64,000 bases of DNA from Chloroflexota bacterium (lineage in GTDB: Bacteria > Chloroflexota > UBA11872 > VXOZ01): positions 448,001 to 512,000 of the forward strand of contig OZ244922.1 in the NCBI GenBank assembly GCA_965221905.1, given 5' to 3'. The notes beneath the pieces were generated by a model. It worked only from the letters and a program-made list of their open reading frames with translations. It searched no databases and was not told the DNA's origin. Positions 21,363 through 31,836 of the stretch are shown piece by piece; position 1 is the stretch's first letter; every line of letters begins with the position of its first letter. Made by a program: the position numbers and the translations under genes.

Positions 21363-21762
21363 TCATTTCTCCTTATTTCCACTTGGTCTTTAGAATGTAA
21401 GTGCTGTTGTCACGTGCTTGTCACTCAGGGCGGTGCCTTGGGCACGGAAGCCTGCTCTCTCGTTTCACGCTAACTATACCCTGGCTGACAGCCAATCTGG
21501 AACTAGGTTTCGTATTCGCACACTACCTCTGCATCAATTTAGTTTCTAGACACGCTCCGGTTGTTGCTCGAACTCGCGGCTTAGCGCGGCAATCACTGTC
21601 TCATTCAAACCGGCTTGGGTCACTGCGCCCGCAGTTGGTCTTTACCATTATAGACCGCTCTCCGCCCCTCGGTCACTTTGCTTGGACGAGATGTCCGCAG
21701 CCACGAACCGGCCGCTCGCCGAGAGAGGGTATCCTTTCTCCTGGTGTCTACATGCAGCGGCA

Positions 21763-22737
21763 TTAGGCAGAAACTTCCGTTGCCGCCGTCTCCGGTCGCG
21801 CCACGGTAGCGTACAGGTCTTCCAAGTAGTGCGTGGCGGCCACTGCTGCCGTGGTCGCATCGCCGACTGCGGTAGTAATCTGCTTGGTCAACTGCGTCCG
21901 CACGTCACCGGCAATGAAGAGTCCCGGCACATCGGTTTCCATGTGCGATCCGGCAATCAAGTAGCCGATTTCATCGCGTTCCACCGCTTCTTTGATGAAT
22001 TCGGTGTTGGGATCAAAGCCAATGAAGATGAATACGCCGTCGGTCTCGTGGACCCATTCCTCGCCTGTCTTGACGTTGCGCAGGCGCATGCCGGTGACCG
22101 CGCCGTCATCCCCGACTATGTCATCAGCCACCGTGTCCCAGATGATCTCGGTATTAGGATTGGCCATGAAGCGGTCTTGGATAATCTGCTGGGCGCGCAG
22201 TTTGTCGCGCCGGTGCACCAGATAGAGCTTGCTAGCGAAGCGGGTAAGGAAGAGGCCCTCTTCCACCGCCGAATCTCCGCCGCCGACGACCGTAATCACA
22301 CGGTCGCGGAAAAAGGCGCCGTCGCAAACGGCGCAGTACGAGACGCCGCGCCCAGCGTATTCGAACTCGCCAGGGATGTTCAACGGAGTCGGTGTTCCAC
22401 CGGACGAGATGATCACGGCGCCTGCGCGGTATTCATCACCGTCTGCCGTGCGGACAACCTTCTGCCAGTCGTCCGAATAGACTTCCGTAACCTCAGCAGT
22501 GAGTATCTGTGCGCCGAACGCCTGGGTGTGGGAAACCATCTTCTCGATGAGGTCGGCGGCGTCGATGGACTCGAACCCTGGGTAGTCTTCAATCAACGAG
22601 GTATTGATGAGTTGCCCACCGGGCGCCATCTTTTCAAGTATTACGGTATCGAGCCGTGCCCGCGCGGTATAGAGCCCCGCGCACAATCCAGCCGGGCCGG
22701 CACCGATTACGATAACATCGTGGTAGGAAGTTGCCAT
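21763..22737 (-). CDS. trxB: Thioredoxin-disulfide reductase
   Basis: GAGPAG, GVSYCAVCDG, GGGDSA, HRRD, AGDV; ATG at 22737 preferred. Confidence 0.96.
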   Translation of the reverse strand: MATSYHDVIVIGAGPAGLCAGLYTARARLDTVILEKMAPGGQLINTSLIEDYPGFESIDAADLIEKMVSHTQAFGAQILTAEVTEVYSDDWQKVVRTADGDEYRAGAVIISSGGTPTPLNIPGEFEYAGRGVSYCAVCDGAFFRDRVITVVGGGDSAVEEGLFLTRFASKLYLVHRRDKLRAQQIIQDRFMANPNTEIIWDTVADDIVGDDGAVTGMRLRNVKTGEEWVHETDGVFIFIGFDPNTEFIKEAVERDEIGYLIAGSHMETDVPGLFIAGDVRTQLTKQITTAVGDATTAAVAATHYLEDLYATVARPETAATEVSA

Positions 22738-23110
22738 TCGCCTCATTCGTCCTTTCAATCACACATTGGGCCCAGGGCACCAGCACACTGCGCAGACTCT
22801 GCCTGTCGGCAGAATTCGAGTCACTCCGATATGGGACTAAAATTCGCCGCTTTGCGGGCCCTCCTCTTTCAGAGTACCAAACCCGTGAACCCGCTGCTAC
22901 ATTCTGTACCGATTCGCTCTCCGAGTCGCGCTGCGGACTACGGTAGCTGCCCAGCCGGTACGCTCCACCAATCTCAAGCGCTTTCGTGGTATCTTACTTC
23001 TTGCGGTACGTGGCAAGCGTGCGGAGCGTGGCGCGAGGGCACAGGCCCAATGCTGTTGCCTTTTCGCCACTGCAGTAGGAAACGTGGCGCCACGTGATCT
23101 ACCTTTCACG

Positions 23111-23134
23111 GTAGCGTAGGTTTGCAACCTGCGC
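23111..23134 (+). repeat. GTAG-type REP family C
   Basis: GTAGCGTAGGTTTGCAACCTGCGC. Confidence 0.85.
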
Positions 23135-23472
23135 CTATCGGATGTAGTCGTGTGTCCTTCTCAGTGGCGTGACCCCTGAGATGCGAGAGAACAACCACGG
23201 CAACCGGCGGCCCTGAGTGACATTTATCCATTGCGCTAAGGTTTCCGGCCATATGCATCGGAGACGCCTCCTTAGAACAACCGCTTGCTGCAATTCAAAG
23301 ACATCTTCATCCAAACTTTTGTATTAGGATTTACGCACTTGAAAGCAATTTCGTATCTGTAACTACGCGCTATTCAGCGAGAAAACTTTCAACTGCGAGA
23401 ATCCTATGTATAATTGGTTTCGATGAAACACACCTGGGCTGACCATCAGGCAACTGGCTAAAGAGAAGCAAA

Positions 23473-24423
23473 ATGCCACAAATAAATGCACTGGAACCCG
23501 TGAGCTTGCGGGATGTATTCCCCGACGAGGCGAGGGACTTCACCCCGTGGCTGGCGAACCATCTGCAATTGTTGGGGTCCAAGCTAAACCTTGCCCTGCA
23601 ATTGGTAGCGGTGGAAGCCACTTTGCCAGAGGCCGGGCGAGTCGACATCATTGCGGAACAGGTCAGCACCGAGGCCAAGGTGGTGATTGAAAACCAGTTG
23701 GGGGTTTCCGACGATTCCCACTGCCTGCGCCTCTTGGGATACGCGGCGAATGCTGAAGCCAACATCCTGGTGTGGGTGGCGCAAGACTTCACCGACTACC
23801 ACCGCAGCATCCTGTCGTGGCTCAACGAAAGCGACAACATCGCAGTGTACGCCGTGGCGGTGAGGACATACCGAGTGGCGGACGCCATAGCCGCCGACTT
23901 CCAGTTAGTCGTCGAACCACCGCAATCCCAATCAGGAGCAACCTCCACTTCCACCAGAATGACCACGAACACCTACTACGCCGACTTCTATCGCCCGGTG
24001 GTAGCGCAACTGCGGCGATCGGGATTGCCTCCGGTAAGCCGGGGTGGATGGAGAGGCAGGTGGCGGTCATTCCAATCGGGACACTCGAAAGTGGTTTACG
24101 CCGCAGGGCTGAGCGAGGAAAAGGCGTGGGCCTTCCTGGCCGTGAACGGGGACGACAGTCAACGTATCTATCACGCGCTGAGCCAACACCGAGCCGAGAT
24201 AGATGCAAAGTTGAACGACGGCGCCGAGTGGGATTTGGGAATGGATTCTGCCTGGATGGGGCTGCGAAAAGAGGCAGTGCTCAGCGATCCAGATGTAAAC
24301 CTTGAAGCCGTAGGAGACTGGATCGCTGAAAACCTTTTGAGGCTACGGGACGTAGTGAAACCGCACTTGGATGAGGTGATGAACAACGCAGCCAACTCGG
24401 AAGCCAACAAGGACGCCGGATGA
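23473..24423 (+). CDS. Endonuclease-like protein with DUF4268-type C-terminal domain
   Basis: LRDVFPDEARDFTPWL..VDIIA..VVIENQLGVSDDSH..YA pattern of this family. Confidence 0.7.
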   Translation: MPQINALEPVSLRDVFPDEARDFTPWLANHLQLLGSKLNLALQLVAVEATLPEAGRVDIIAEQVSTEAKVVIENQLGVSDDSHCLRLLGYAANAEANILVWVAQDFTDYHRSILSWLNESDNIAVYAVAVRTYRVADAIAADFQLVVEPPQSQSGATSTSTRMTTNTYYADFYRPVVAQLRRSGLPPVSRGGWRGRWRSFQSGHSKVVYAAGLSEEKAWAFLAVNGDDSQRIYHALSQHRAEIDAKLNDGAEWDLGMDSAWMGLRKEAVLSDPDVNLEAVGDWIAENLLRLRDVVKPHLDEVMNNAANSEANKDAG

Positions 24424-24560
24424 AGCTGACAGATCTGATTGCCGCCGCGCCGTGGCGTGAGGCAGTCACTTGCCGAGATACGAGACCCCACGAGTATGTG
24501 TTGCCCCAGTGGGACGGGCAGCGGACCTTGGTCGAGGCCGTGTGTCGCCGGGACGCGAAA
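24420..24560 (+). pseudogene. Truncated N-terminal fragment of a conserved hypothetical gene (APWREAVT..PHEY)
   Basis: ATGA overlap with the upstream gene; protein-like for about 45 codons, then runs into the next gene's upstream region; end point approximate. Confidence 0.45.
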
Positions 24561-24603
24561 GTCCCGCGCTCCGTATCAATAGCGCAGCCGAAGGAGCAAC
24601 GAG

Positions 24604-25947
24604 ATGAGTGAGCAACTACGCGCAGGCGCGGCTACGGCGAACATTACGCCCTGGCTGGGCATCGCCATGCGCGGCGCCTTTCGCGACGTGACCCACGCTG
24701 ATACCGTGCATGACGACCTCCTCGCCAAGGCGCTGGTGCTCGACGACGGCGCGCGGCAGATCGCGTTCGTGCTCTGCGACCTGACCATGATGCCGCGCTC
24801 CATGATGGATGCGGTGAAAGAGCGCATTGCGGTCCGTGCCGACATCCCGGCAGACCACGTGCTCATTGCCTCGACCCATACCCACTCTGCGCCCGCCACT
24901 GTAACAATCGGGTTCATGGAGGAGCAGACCGAATACACAGCCTGGGCCACGCGCAAGATTGCCGACGCCGTGGAAGTGGCCGTGCGGCGTTTACAGCCGG
25001 CCCGCATCGGCTTTGCCAGCGTTTCGGAGCCGCGCATCGCCTTCAACCGCCGCTACCACATGCGAAACGGACAGGTGCACTTCAATCCCGGCGTCGGCAA
25101 CCCGGATGTAATCAGGCCCGCCGGCACTACGGACCCGGAGTTCACGCTCTGCTACGTTGAGAGCAATGACGGTCAACCGCTCGCCGTGCTGGGGAACTAC
25201 GCGCTGCACTACGTGGGCACGGATACCGGTGCGGAGATATCCGCCGACTACTTTGGACACTTCTTCCGCGCCATCCAACACCTGCTCGGCCCGCAAACGG
25301 TGGGACTGCTCTTCAACGGCGCTTCCGGCAATATCAATAACGTTAACGCGTTCAAGTCCTGGCCCCATAGAGGCCACGCGCAGGCGGCGCGCATGGCGCG
25401 CGTGCTGGCAGGCCACGTGCTGACCGAAATCCAGTTAATGGAGATGCACGACCACGTGGCGTTGGGCGCGGCGGTTGACGAGTTCGATTTCGCCCGCAAG
25501 AAGACCACCGACGAGGACGTGGCAATTGCAGACAAGGTGCTAAGCGGCGAATACACTTATTCCGAGGGGCCGTTCTCAGCGGTAACCGGCCAGCCCATCT
25601 ATCCGCATTGGGCACCGGCCTATGCTCGCGAAGTCAAGGTGTTGCATACGTTACCGCAGACCCTTACTTCGACGATTCAGGCGCTGCGTGTGGGTCCCGC
25701 CGGCTTTGCCGCGCTGCCCGGTGAGATATTCGTGGAGATCGGCCTGGCCGTCAAGGAGGGCTCTCCGTTTGCGCCGCAGTTCGTCATGAGCCTTGCTAAC
25801 GACTACCTTGGTTACGTTGCAACCGACGAGCAGCTTGCACTGGGCGCGTATGAAACCTGGCCTTCTCGCTCGGCAATCGGCGGCCCCGGCATCGGCCAGG
25901 CTATGGAGACCACGGCGCTGGCATTGCTCAATTCGTTGGCATTCTAA
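24604..25947 (+). CDS. Neutral/alkaline ceramidase-like amidohydrolase family protein
   Basis: HDDLLAKALVL, STHTHSAP, FNRR, NYALH, SADY, GASGNIN, LPGEIF, NDYLGY. Confidence 0.8.
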   Translation: MSEQLRAGAATANITPWLGIAMRGAFRDVTHADTVHDDLLAKALVLDDGARQIAFVLCDLTMMPRSMMDAVKERIAVRADIPADHVLIASTHTHSAPATVTIGFMEEQTEYTAWATRKIADAVEVAVRRLQPARIGFASVSEPRIAFNRRYHMRNGQVHFNPGVGNPDVIRPAGTTDPEFTLCYVESNDGQPLAVLGNYALHYVGTDTGAEISADYFGHFFRAIQHLLGPQTVGLLFNGASGNINNVNAFKSWPHRGHAQAARMARVLAGHVLTEIQLMEMHDHVALGAAVDEFDFARKKTTDEDVAIADKVLSGEYTYSEGPFSAVTGQPIYPHWAPAYAREVKVLHTLPQTLTSTIQALRVGPAGFAALPGEIFVEIGLAVKEGSPFAPQFVMSLANDYLGYVATDEQLALGAYETWPSRSAIGGPGIGQAMETTALALLNSLAF

Positions 25948-26049
25948 CGGGTTGTGAGGTAACTGACCCGTGGGTGGAGTCTTGTAAAGGGAGAAGTGCA
26001 CTTCGGTAAGTCCCTGGTGTCCGCACGAGGAACGATACGGCTTCATTAG

Positions 26050-26168
26050 CGTCACTCCCGCGAAAGCGGGAGTCTAGGGGTATTGAGAAAGTGGATTCCG
26101 CGGTCGTGAAACGGGGTGGAAGTCTACTTGTATTGAGAAGATGGATTCCCGCTTTCGCGGGAATGACG
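26050..26168. repeat. CGTC-type REP family B inverted doublet (GTCAYTCCCGCGAAAGCGGGARTCYA)
   Basis: Copies at 26050-26076(+) and 26142-26168(-), with a degenerate internal copy; others at 33814-33840, 35064-35089, 53045-53070, 63169-63194 and 63210-63236. Confidence 0.9.
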
Positions 26169-26250
26169 GGCCGTTGTTTCTCTATTCCCACTCTTCAAGG
26201 GGTTGTTTAGACACTAAGACTCGCATACGAAAGAGGAGAGTCCAATAGCC

Positions 26251-27306
26251 ATGTTCGACGGATTGCAAACGGGCCTGCACAATATTGCGCTGCTCTCGGA
26301 TGCCGAGACGCGCTCGATTTCGGCGGAGAATCCAAACGGCGAGCGGGGAGGAGGCGCAAAAGCGATACCTGCGGATGGCAGCGCGGCTTCGCTGCTCGGT
26401 CCGGGCTGGAAAGTGCGGCCCTCCATCAAATTGCCGCCGCAGAGCACGACGACGCTCGCTGAGATCACAGGGCCAGGCACCATCCAGCACATTTGGCTCA
26501 CCGTGCGGCCCCAAGCGTATCGCAGCACGGTCTTGCGCTGCTACTGGGACGGTGAGAAAACTCCCTCCATCGAGGTGCCGCTGGGCGACTTCTTCTGCAA
26601 CGGCCACGCCTTGCGCTACGACGTTAACTCCCTGCCGATTGCGGTGAATCCTACCGGCGGCTTCAATTCCTATTGGCCCATGCCCTTCCGCCGCAGCGCG
26701 CGCATAACCATCGAGAACGAATACTGGGAAGAGATCCCGGGCTTCTACTATCAGATTACGTACGCCTTGGCTCCGGTGCCGGAGAACGCTGCGTACTTCC
26801 ATGCCCAGTGGCGACGATCTATGACGACCCGCGAGTATCCCGAACACGTGCTCCTGGATGGCGTATCGGGACAGGGGCAGTACGTGGGCACGTTTATCGC
26901 GTGGTCGCAGTTCTCCAACGGCTGGTGGGGCGAGGGCGAGGTCAAGTTCTATATGGACGGCGACACCGATCATCCCACGATCTGTGGCACGGGTACGGAG
27001 GACTATTTCGGCGGGGCATGGAATTTCGGTGACCGGACGTTCTCAACGCCCTTCCTCGGCTATCCGCTCTACCGCCAAGACCCGGTTGAGGTGCCGCTTC
27101 ACGGCATGTACCGCTGGCACATCATGGACCCCATCCGCTTCAAGCAGGACCTAAAAGTGACCGTGCAGGCGCTCGGCTGGTGGCTCAACCGCAAGTTCGA
27201 GCCGCTTACGGACGACATAGCGTCCGTTGCATACTGGTACCAAACGTCGCCCCACGCGCCGTTTCCCACTTTGCCGACGCTCGCCGCACGCTGGCCGCGC
27301 ACGTAG
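26251..27306 (+). CDS. Glycoside hydrolase family 172 (DUF2961)
   Basis: SISAENPNG, GTIQHIW, PLGDFF, WWGEGE, GTGTEDYFGGAW, SVAYWYQ. Confidence 0.9.
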   Translation: MFDGLQTGLHNIALLSDAETRSISAENPNGERGGGAKAIPADGSAASLLGPGWKVRPSIKLPPQSTTTLAEITGPGTIQHIWLTVRPQAYRSTVLRCYWDGEKTPSIEVPLGDFFCNGHALRYDVNSLPIAVNPTGGFNSYWPMPFRRSARITIENEYWEEIPGFYYQITYALAPVPENAAYFHAQWRRSMTTREYPEHVLLDGVSGQGQYVGTFIAWSQFSNGWWGEGEVKFYMDGDTDHPTICGTGTEDYFGGAWNFGDRTFSTPFLGYPLYRQDPVEVPLHGMYRWHIMDPIRFKQDLKVTVQALGWWLNRKFEPLTDDIASVAYWYQTSPHAPFPTLPTLAARWPRT

Positions 27307-27506
27307 ACCTATAGTTGGGACAGGCCTCCACTGCACAGAGCCCTTTGCCAAGTGCCTCGGGCGCTGATTACGGCGATTGCTGCCCGCACATCTAAGGGCT
27401 GCCTGTCCAATGCCTACGGTAGTTTCTGCCGTAACTGCGTCTTTGCGCAAGTCGGTTTTGTCCGGCCATTATCGGCGAGGATTCCCGTCAATTGAAAAGG
27501 GAGTGG

Positions 27507-27535
27507 TTGACAGTCTCAAGGTTGCGCAATACTAT
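27507..27535 (+). promoter_or_regulatory. Putative sigma70-type promoter of the solute-binding protein gene
   Basis: TTGACA-17 bp-TACTAT; palindrome TTGCGCAA in the spacer. Confidence 0.6.
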
Positions 27536-27772
27536 TACCATAGTCTCGTGGTTTGGCAACACCTTGTGCATGACCGACGTTCTACCGGAAGACATGCGAC
27601 TCTTTGCGGCACCGCAAAGAGTGGAAGTGGTCTTGCCATAAAGGTGTCGTCATAGAGTTGAGGAAAGGAGGTCGGGTATCGAAGGCAGGCATCCGGTGGG
27701 GTATCGAGATGTCTCGAACGCGCAAACACCCCGTACAGAGATGACACTTACATTAAGGGAGAAATCTGTATC

Positions 27773-29200
27773 GTGGATACAATTGATCGTTCCGTTCGGT
27801 TTCAACCGACACGCCGCCAGTTCCTTGCGGGCGGCGGCACTGCACTAACCGCAATGTTGCTCGTCGCCTGCGGACAAGCAGACACGGCAATGCCGGCCGA
27901 TGATGCACCCGCCGAGCAGGAAGCAGCCAAACCCGCCGCGGAGCCTCAGGCCGAGGCTGCCGAAATCAATGTTTGGGTTTGGTGGCCGGACCCAGTGGCT
28001 TCGGTCGAGCAGATGGGCGCGAACTACGAAGCCTCCAACCCCAACGTCAGCACGACCGTGGAAGCGGTCTCCGGCTATTGGGATAAGTTGCAGGCTTCCT
28101 ACGTGGGCGGCGCGGGCCCGGACATCTACTTGATGAATAGCGTGAACTATTTCGCGTGGTCGAACAAAGAGATACCGGCCGACATTACCGCGCAGTTCAA
28201 TGCCGATCCCATCGCGCAGGACTTTGCCGCAAACGCCTGGAAGACCGGCATCGACTTTTACACCTACAAAGGTGAAAAGATGTTCGGTGTGCCCGGCATG
28301 ATGACGAGCATCATCACGCTCTTCAATGAGGACGCCGTCAATGAGGGCGGCTTTGCGATACCGTCCGAGCTTGGCACGGACTGGAATTGGGACTTGCTCC
28401 AGGAGTATGCGATAAAGCTCACGGAGCGAGAGGGAGATAACATCACGCGCTACGGCATGTTCGCGGCTGACGCCCTCGAGCAAGGTTGGCTGAACTACGT
28501 GCGCGCCAACGGCGGCGACTTTCTGAGCGACGATTTGCGCTGCATCATCGATGAGCCCGAATCGGTTGAGGCGTGGAACTTCTGCGTGGACTTGGCGCTA
28601 AAACACCGGGTGTCCCCGTCGCGCGACCAGATCGCGGACTTGAGCCAAGGCATGGCAGGTCGTGGCGGCCACTTTGCGCTCTTTGGCAGCGGCCAGGTCA
28701 TCTTGTGGACGGCGGCCTCCAATAACGTCAAGTTCCTGAACGAGGCGTGGCCCGGCTCCGGTTTCACCTGGGACTACGGCTACGTGGCCGCTTCGCCCAA
28801 TACGGGCAATCCGGGCGGCACCACCAACATCGTTGGCTGGTGCGTGAACAGCAACACCAAGACGCCCGACCAGACGTGGGGCGTCTTTGCCAACATGATG
28901 ACCAAAGATTCCCAGGATATCCTGGCGCAGGCGGACGTGCTGCGACCGGCGCGCGATGACTCGGCCCAACTCTATTACGATCCGGAGGTCACGGACGGGC
29001 CCGCGAACCGCATCGCCGCGTTCGAGATGTTCCAGTGGACTACCAACTTGCCGACGCACGACGTCGTCTCCTGGGGCGAGATGCTTGGCCCGATGGGAGT
29101 CTGGGCGCCTCAGATCTTTGAAGGCGCCGTTGGCGTGGAGGAAGGTTTGAAGAACATGGCGGACGAGACAAACGCGCTCTTCGACGCCGCTATGTCATAG
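27773..29200 (+). CDS. Carbohydrate ABC transporter solute-binding lipoprotein (Tat-type signal)
   Basis: TRRQFL..LLVACG, Ala/Pro/Glu linker, GPDI, FNEDA, WNWD. Confidence 0.85.
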   Translation: MDTIDRSVRFQPTRRQFLAGGGTALTAMLLVACGQADTAMPADDAPAEQEAAKPAAEPQAEAAEINVWVWWPDPVASVEQMGANYEASNPNVSTTVEAVSGYWDKLQASYVGGAGPDIYLMNSVNYFAWSNKEIPADITAQFNADPIAQDFAANAWKTGIDFYTYKGEKMFGVPGMMTSIITLFNEDAVNEGGFAIPSELGTDWNWDLLQEYAIKLTEREGDNITRYGMFAADALEQGWLNYVRANGGDFLSDDLRCIIDEPESVEAWNFCVDLALKHRVSPSRDQIADLSQGMAGRGGHFALFGSGQVILWTAASNNVKFLNEAWPGSGFTWDYGYVAASPNTGNPGGTTNIVGWCVNSNTKTPDQTWGVFANMMTKDSQDILAQADVLRPARDDSAQLYYDPEVTDGPANRIAAFEMFQWTTNLPTHDVVSWGEMLGPMGVWAPQIFEGAVGVEEGLKNMADETNALFDAAMS

Positions 29201-29263
29201 TCCAATTGCTATTGTCCAATCAAGGGGCTGTTGCCCAACAATAGGTCTGGACACAGGCGCGAT

Positions 29264-29297
29264 TCTAAGGCTCCGGCGGTCTTGCCGGAGCCTTAGA
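29264..29297 (+). terminator. 14-bp-stem hairpin downstream of the SBP gene (terminator or mRNA stabiliser)
   Basis: TCTAAGGCTCCGGC / GCCGGAGCCTTAGA; no U-tract. Confidence 0.55.
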
Positions 29298-29524
29298 TGC
29301 TGATGCGTGCGTGTGGCGAACTGGGCCGACGGGGTCCATCTGATTTGGAGATGACCTTGTTAGAAACGCGAGCCGCGTGCTTGGGGATGTCTGCGGGCGC
29401 TCGCCCCGTATATCGTTGACGTGCATGGGTTTTCCCACTTAGGTATGCGCAAGTTGCGCTGAGTGACGGATTATTGATTGCGCGATTGCTCCGGCTTCAT
29501 TGACTCGAAAGTAACGGCAGGGAG

Positions 29525-30457
29525 ATGGCTATGCTGGACTACCGCTCGGAGGAAAAAGTCTACGCGTTCGACACGGCAGAGATACGCGGCACATTGCGCC
29601 CGGGCAACGAGTTTCCTCACCACGGCCTGACGCATTTGGTGCACAAGGCCACCGGCGTTGAGTTCGTACATCCGCTCTACGCAATTCTCAATCTCTACCG
29701 CTTCATGCACCGCGATCCGGCGGGCGGAGGCGCCACCGGCATGGACAGCGACCTCGGCAATCCGCGCCAGGGCGAGCGCCACGTCGAGGCGGACGACAGC
29801 AGCGTGACATTGCGTTGGGCATTGCAAGACCCATCTCATCCTGAAATGGCTATCCGCTACGAGATATTGGAACCGGCGACGATTGACATGACCGTCACTG
29901 TCACGCCGAATGCAGACGCACACGACTTCGAAGCTTTGCTGGCGTGCTACTTCGATCCGGCGCACGTGCCCCACGTCTACCTGGCGCGCGATAGATTCGA
30001 GTTGGAGGATGAGCCGGGCCGCTTTGGCGACGAGCCGGAGCTTGCGCCCGTGAACGTTAATCCAGTGTTTCGCGGCGGCGTGCTGGCCTATCCCCGTGAT
30101 GAAGACGCCGTCGGCATCAGCGTGGACGGGCGGTGGCGGGATATTGCCCGCTTCTCGCCGGTGCGACGGTACAAGATGCCGGTGTGCTTCCAGGCCGACC
30201 GCCAGCAGCGCGTGGCCGCCGTGCTAATGTCCCGGCCCGATGACTGCTTCGCCGTATCCAGTGGTTACGACAGTCCGGACGCGCGGGACCGCTTCCACAA
30301 GCACAATCCGCTCTACCTCTCGCTCTTTGGCGGCACGCTGGAACCGGGCGTCGTGCGCACGGCGCGGGCGCGGCTGGTCGTTACTGAGCTTGATGAGGAG
30401 TTGTCGCAACCGCTTCAGCACTATGCGGACTTCCTGGAAGAGGCAGGCAGCGCATGA
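29525..30457 (+). CDS. Hypothetical protein (beta-rich, possibly mutarotase-like)
   Basis: Long ORF with host-like codon usage, SD GGGAG, ATGA coupling to the next gene; fold is a guess. Confidence 0.7.
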   Translation: MAMLDYRSEEKVYAFDTAEIRGTLRPGNEFPHHGLTHLVHKATGVEFVHPLYAILNLYRFMHRDPAGGGATGMDSDLGNPRQGERHVEADDSSVTLRWALQDPSHPEMAIRYEILEPATIDMTVTVTPNADAHDFEALLACYFDPAHVPHVYLARDRFELEDEPGRFGDEPELAPVNVNPVFRGGVLAYPRDEDAVGISVDGRWRDIARFSPVRRYKMPVCFQADRQQRVAAVLMSRPDDCFAVSSGYDSPDARDRFHKHNPLYLSLFGGTLEPGVVRTARARLVVTELDEELSQPLQHYADFLEEAGSA

Positions 30458-31674
30458 CGATGCGCAAGCTTCACATTGCCGTGATCGGCGTCGGCGCGGA
30501 CCCCGGCTCGCGGGCGCGGCAATTTCTGGCGACGATTGCGCGGCTCACAGACCACTACGAGCTTGCCGCCATCTGCGACCGCAGTCCTGACGTATTGGCT
30601 CAGGTCGGCGCGCAATACGGCGTGCCGGGACAGTATGCCGACGTGCGCGCGCTCTATGCCGACATGCAGCCGGACGTGGTGCTCAGCCTGGCGCCGAAAG
30701 ACTCCCACATCGTCATGGCGCTCACAGCCGCCCGCCGCGGCTGCCACATAATTACGGAAATTCCGGTCGCCCTGACGCGCCGCCACGCCGCAGCTATCGC
30801 CGAGACCTGCCGGGAAAACGGCGTACTCTGGGAAGTGGCGGAGCAAGTCTGGCTCTGGCCCAAAGAGCGGCTGAAGCGGCAGATCATCGACGCCGGCCTG
30901 CTGGGCGACGTCACCCACGCTCGGCTCTGGTACCAAACAGGCCAATATCACGGCTTTAGCGGGATTCGGGCGCTGGTCGGCGCGCCGGCCGCGCGCGTGC
31001 TGGGTTATTGCGGCGAGGTCGCAACCGAACCCTACACTGCCTACGGCGGAGAGCCCGAAAACTCGTTGAAATGGGATTCGGGCGTTATCGAATTTGCCAA
31101 CGGCGTGGCGTGCCTATTTGAAAAGCCGCCGCGCGTCTTTCCATCCTCACACCGTACGTTCCCGAACGGCTGGGAGATCGAAGGCACGAAAGGCTACCTC
31201 AACCGGGACGTATTCGTGCAATACACAGCGGGTCCGTCTCTATCCTTCCCAATTCAGGAGCACTATGCAGAACAGTCAGGCGAAAAGGTGCTCGAATCTC
31301 TCTCCGTCGCCACCGATCCGCCGGTCATTTGGCGCAATCCCTATGTGGAATACGGCATCGGCTCGCCCGACGACGTGTCCAAGGCGGATATCTTAACTAG
31401 CTTCCACACAGCGATCGCAGAGGGGACACCGCCCCATTACGGCGTCGCAGGGGGTGTGCGGGACTACGAGCTTTGCCTGGCGGTGCGAGAGAGTGCCGAT
31501 CGTGGCAACACATGGGTCAATCTGCCTTTGGCCGCGCCGACGGCGGCGGAAGAGCAGATCGAGGCGGAGTTTCTGCGGCGCTACGGCCACGATCCAATCG
31601 AGGAGACCGAGGCTCTGCTCGATGCCACGTTTACACGGTCGGCCACCCTATGGCCGGTAGCCCATTGGCTGTAA
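30454..31674 (+). CDS. Gfo/Idh/MocA family oxidoreductase
   Basis: IAVIGVG Rossmann fold, H..TEIPVA (EKP-equivalent). Confidence 0.8.
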   Translation: MTMRKLHIAVIGVGADPGSRARQFLATIARLTDHYELAAICDRSPDVLAQVGAQYGVPGQYADVRALYADMQPDVVLSLAPKDSHIVMALTAARRGCHIITEIPVALTRRHAAAIAETCRENGVLWEVAEQVWLWPKERLKRQIIDAGLLGDVTHARLWYQTGQYHGFSGIRALVGAPAARVLGYCGEVATEPYTAYGGEPENSLKWDSGVIEFANGVACLFEKPPRVFPSSHRTFPNGWEIEGTKGYLNRDVFVQYTAGPSLSFPIQEHYAEQSGEKVLESLSVATDPPVIWRNPYVEYGIGSPDDVSKADILTSFHTAIAEGTPPHYGVAGGVRDYELCLAVRESADRGNTWVNLPLAAPTAAEEQIEAEFLRRYGHDPIEETEALLDATFTRSATLWPVAHWL

Positions 31675-31697
31675 GCCAAGCCGAAACCTGCCGACCG

Positions 31698-31720
31698 GTA
31701 GCGCAGGTTTGCAACCTGCG
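31698..31720 (+). repeat. GTAG-type REP family C
   Basis: GTAGCGCAGGTTTGCAACCTGCG. Confidence 0.85.
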
Positions 31721-31836
31721 TCGCGGCAGCGAAAAGTGCGCATCGACCACAGGAAAGACTGCACAAGCCGCACTCGTCAGCACAATCGCAAACTGCATCG
31801 CGGTAGCATACTACGTGACTGGAGAAGAACGAGGGG

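Noticed and set aside
21630-21690. CtsR/HrcA operator upstream of clpP
   Set aside because: Only a GGTCT/AGACC palindrome around a TATAAT-like box; no convincing consensus match
21682-23097. 471-aa plus-strand ORF
   Set aside because: Antisense shadow of trxB; the same applies to 9778-11031, 45607-46746 and 58163-59410
22760-23470. ncRNA or gene in the 700-bp gap
   Set aside because: Only one REP and an AT-rich promoter-like stretch; no recognisable RNA family or credible ORF
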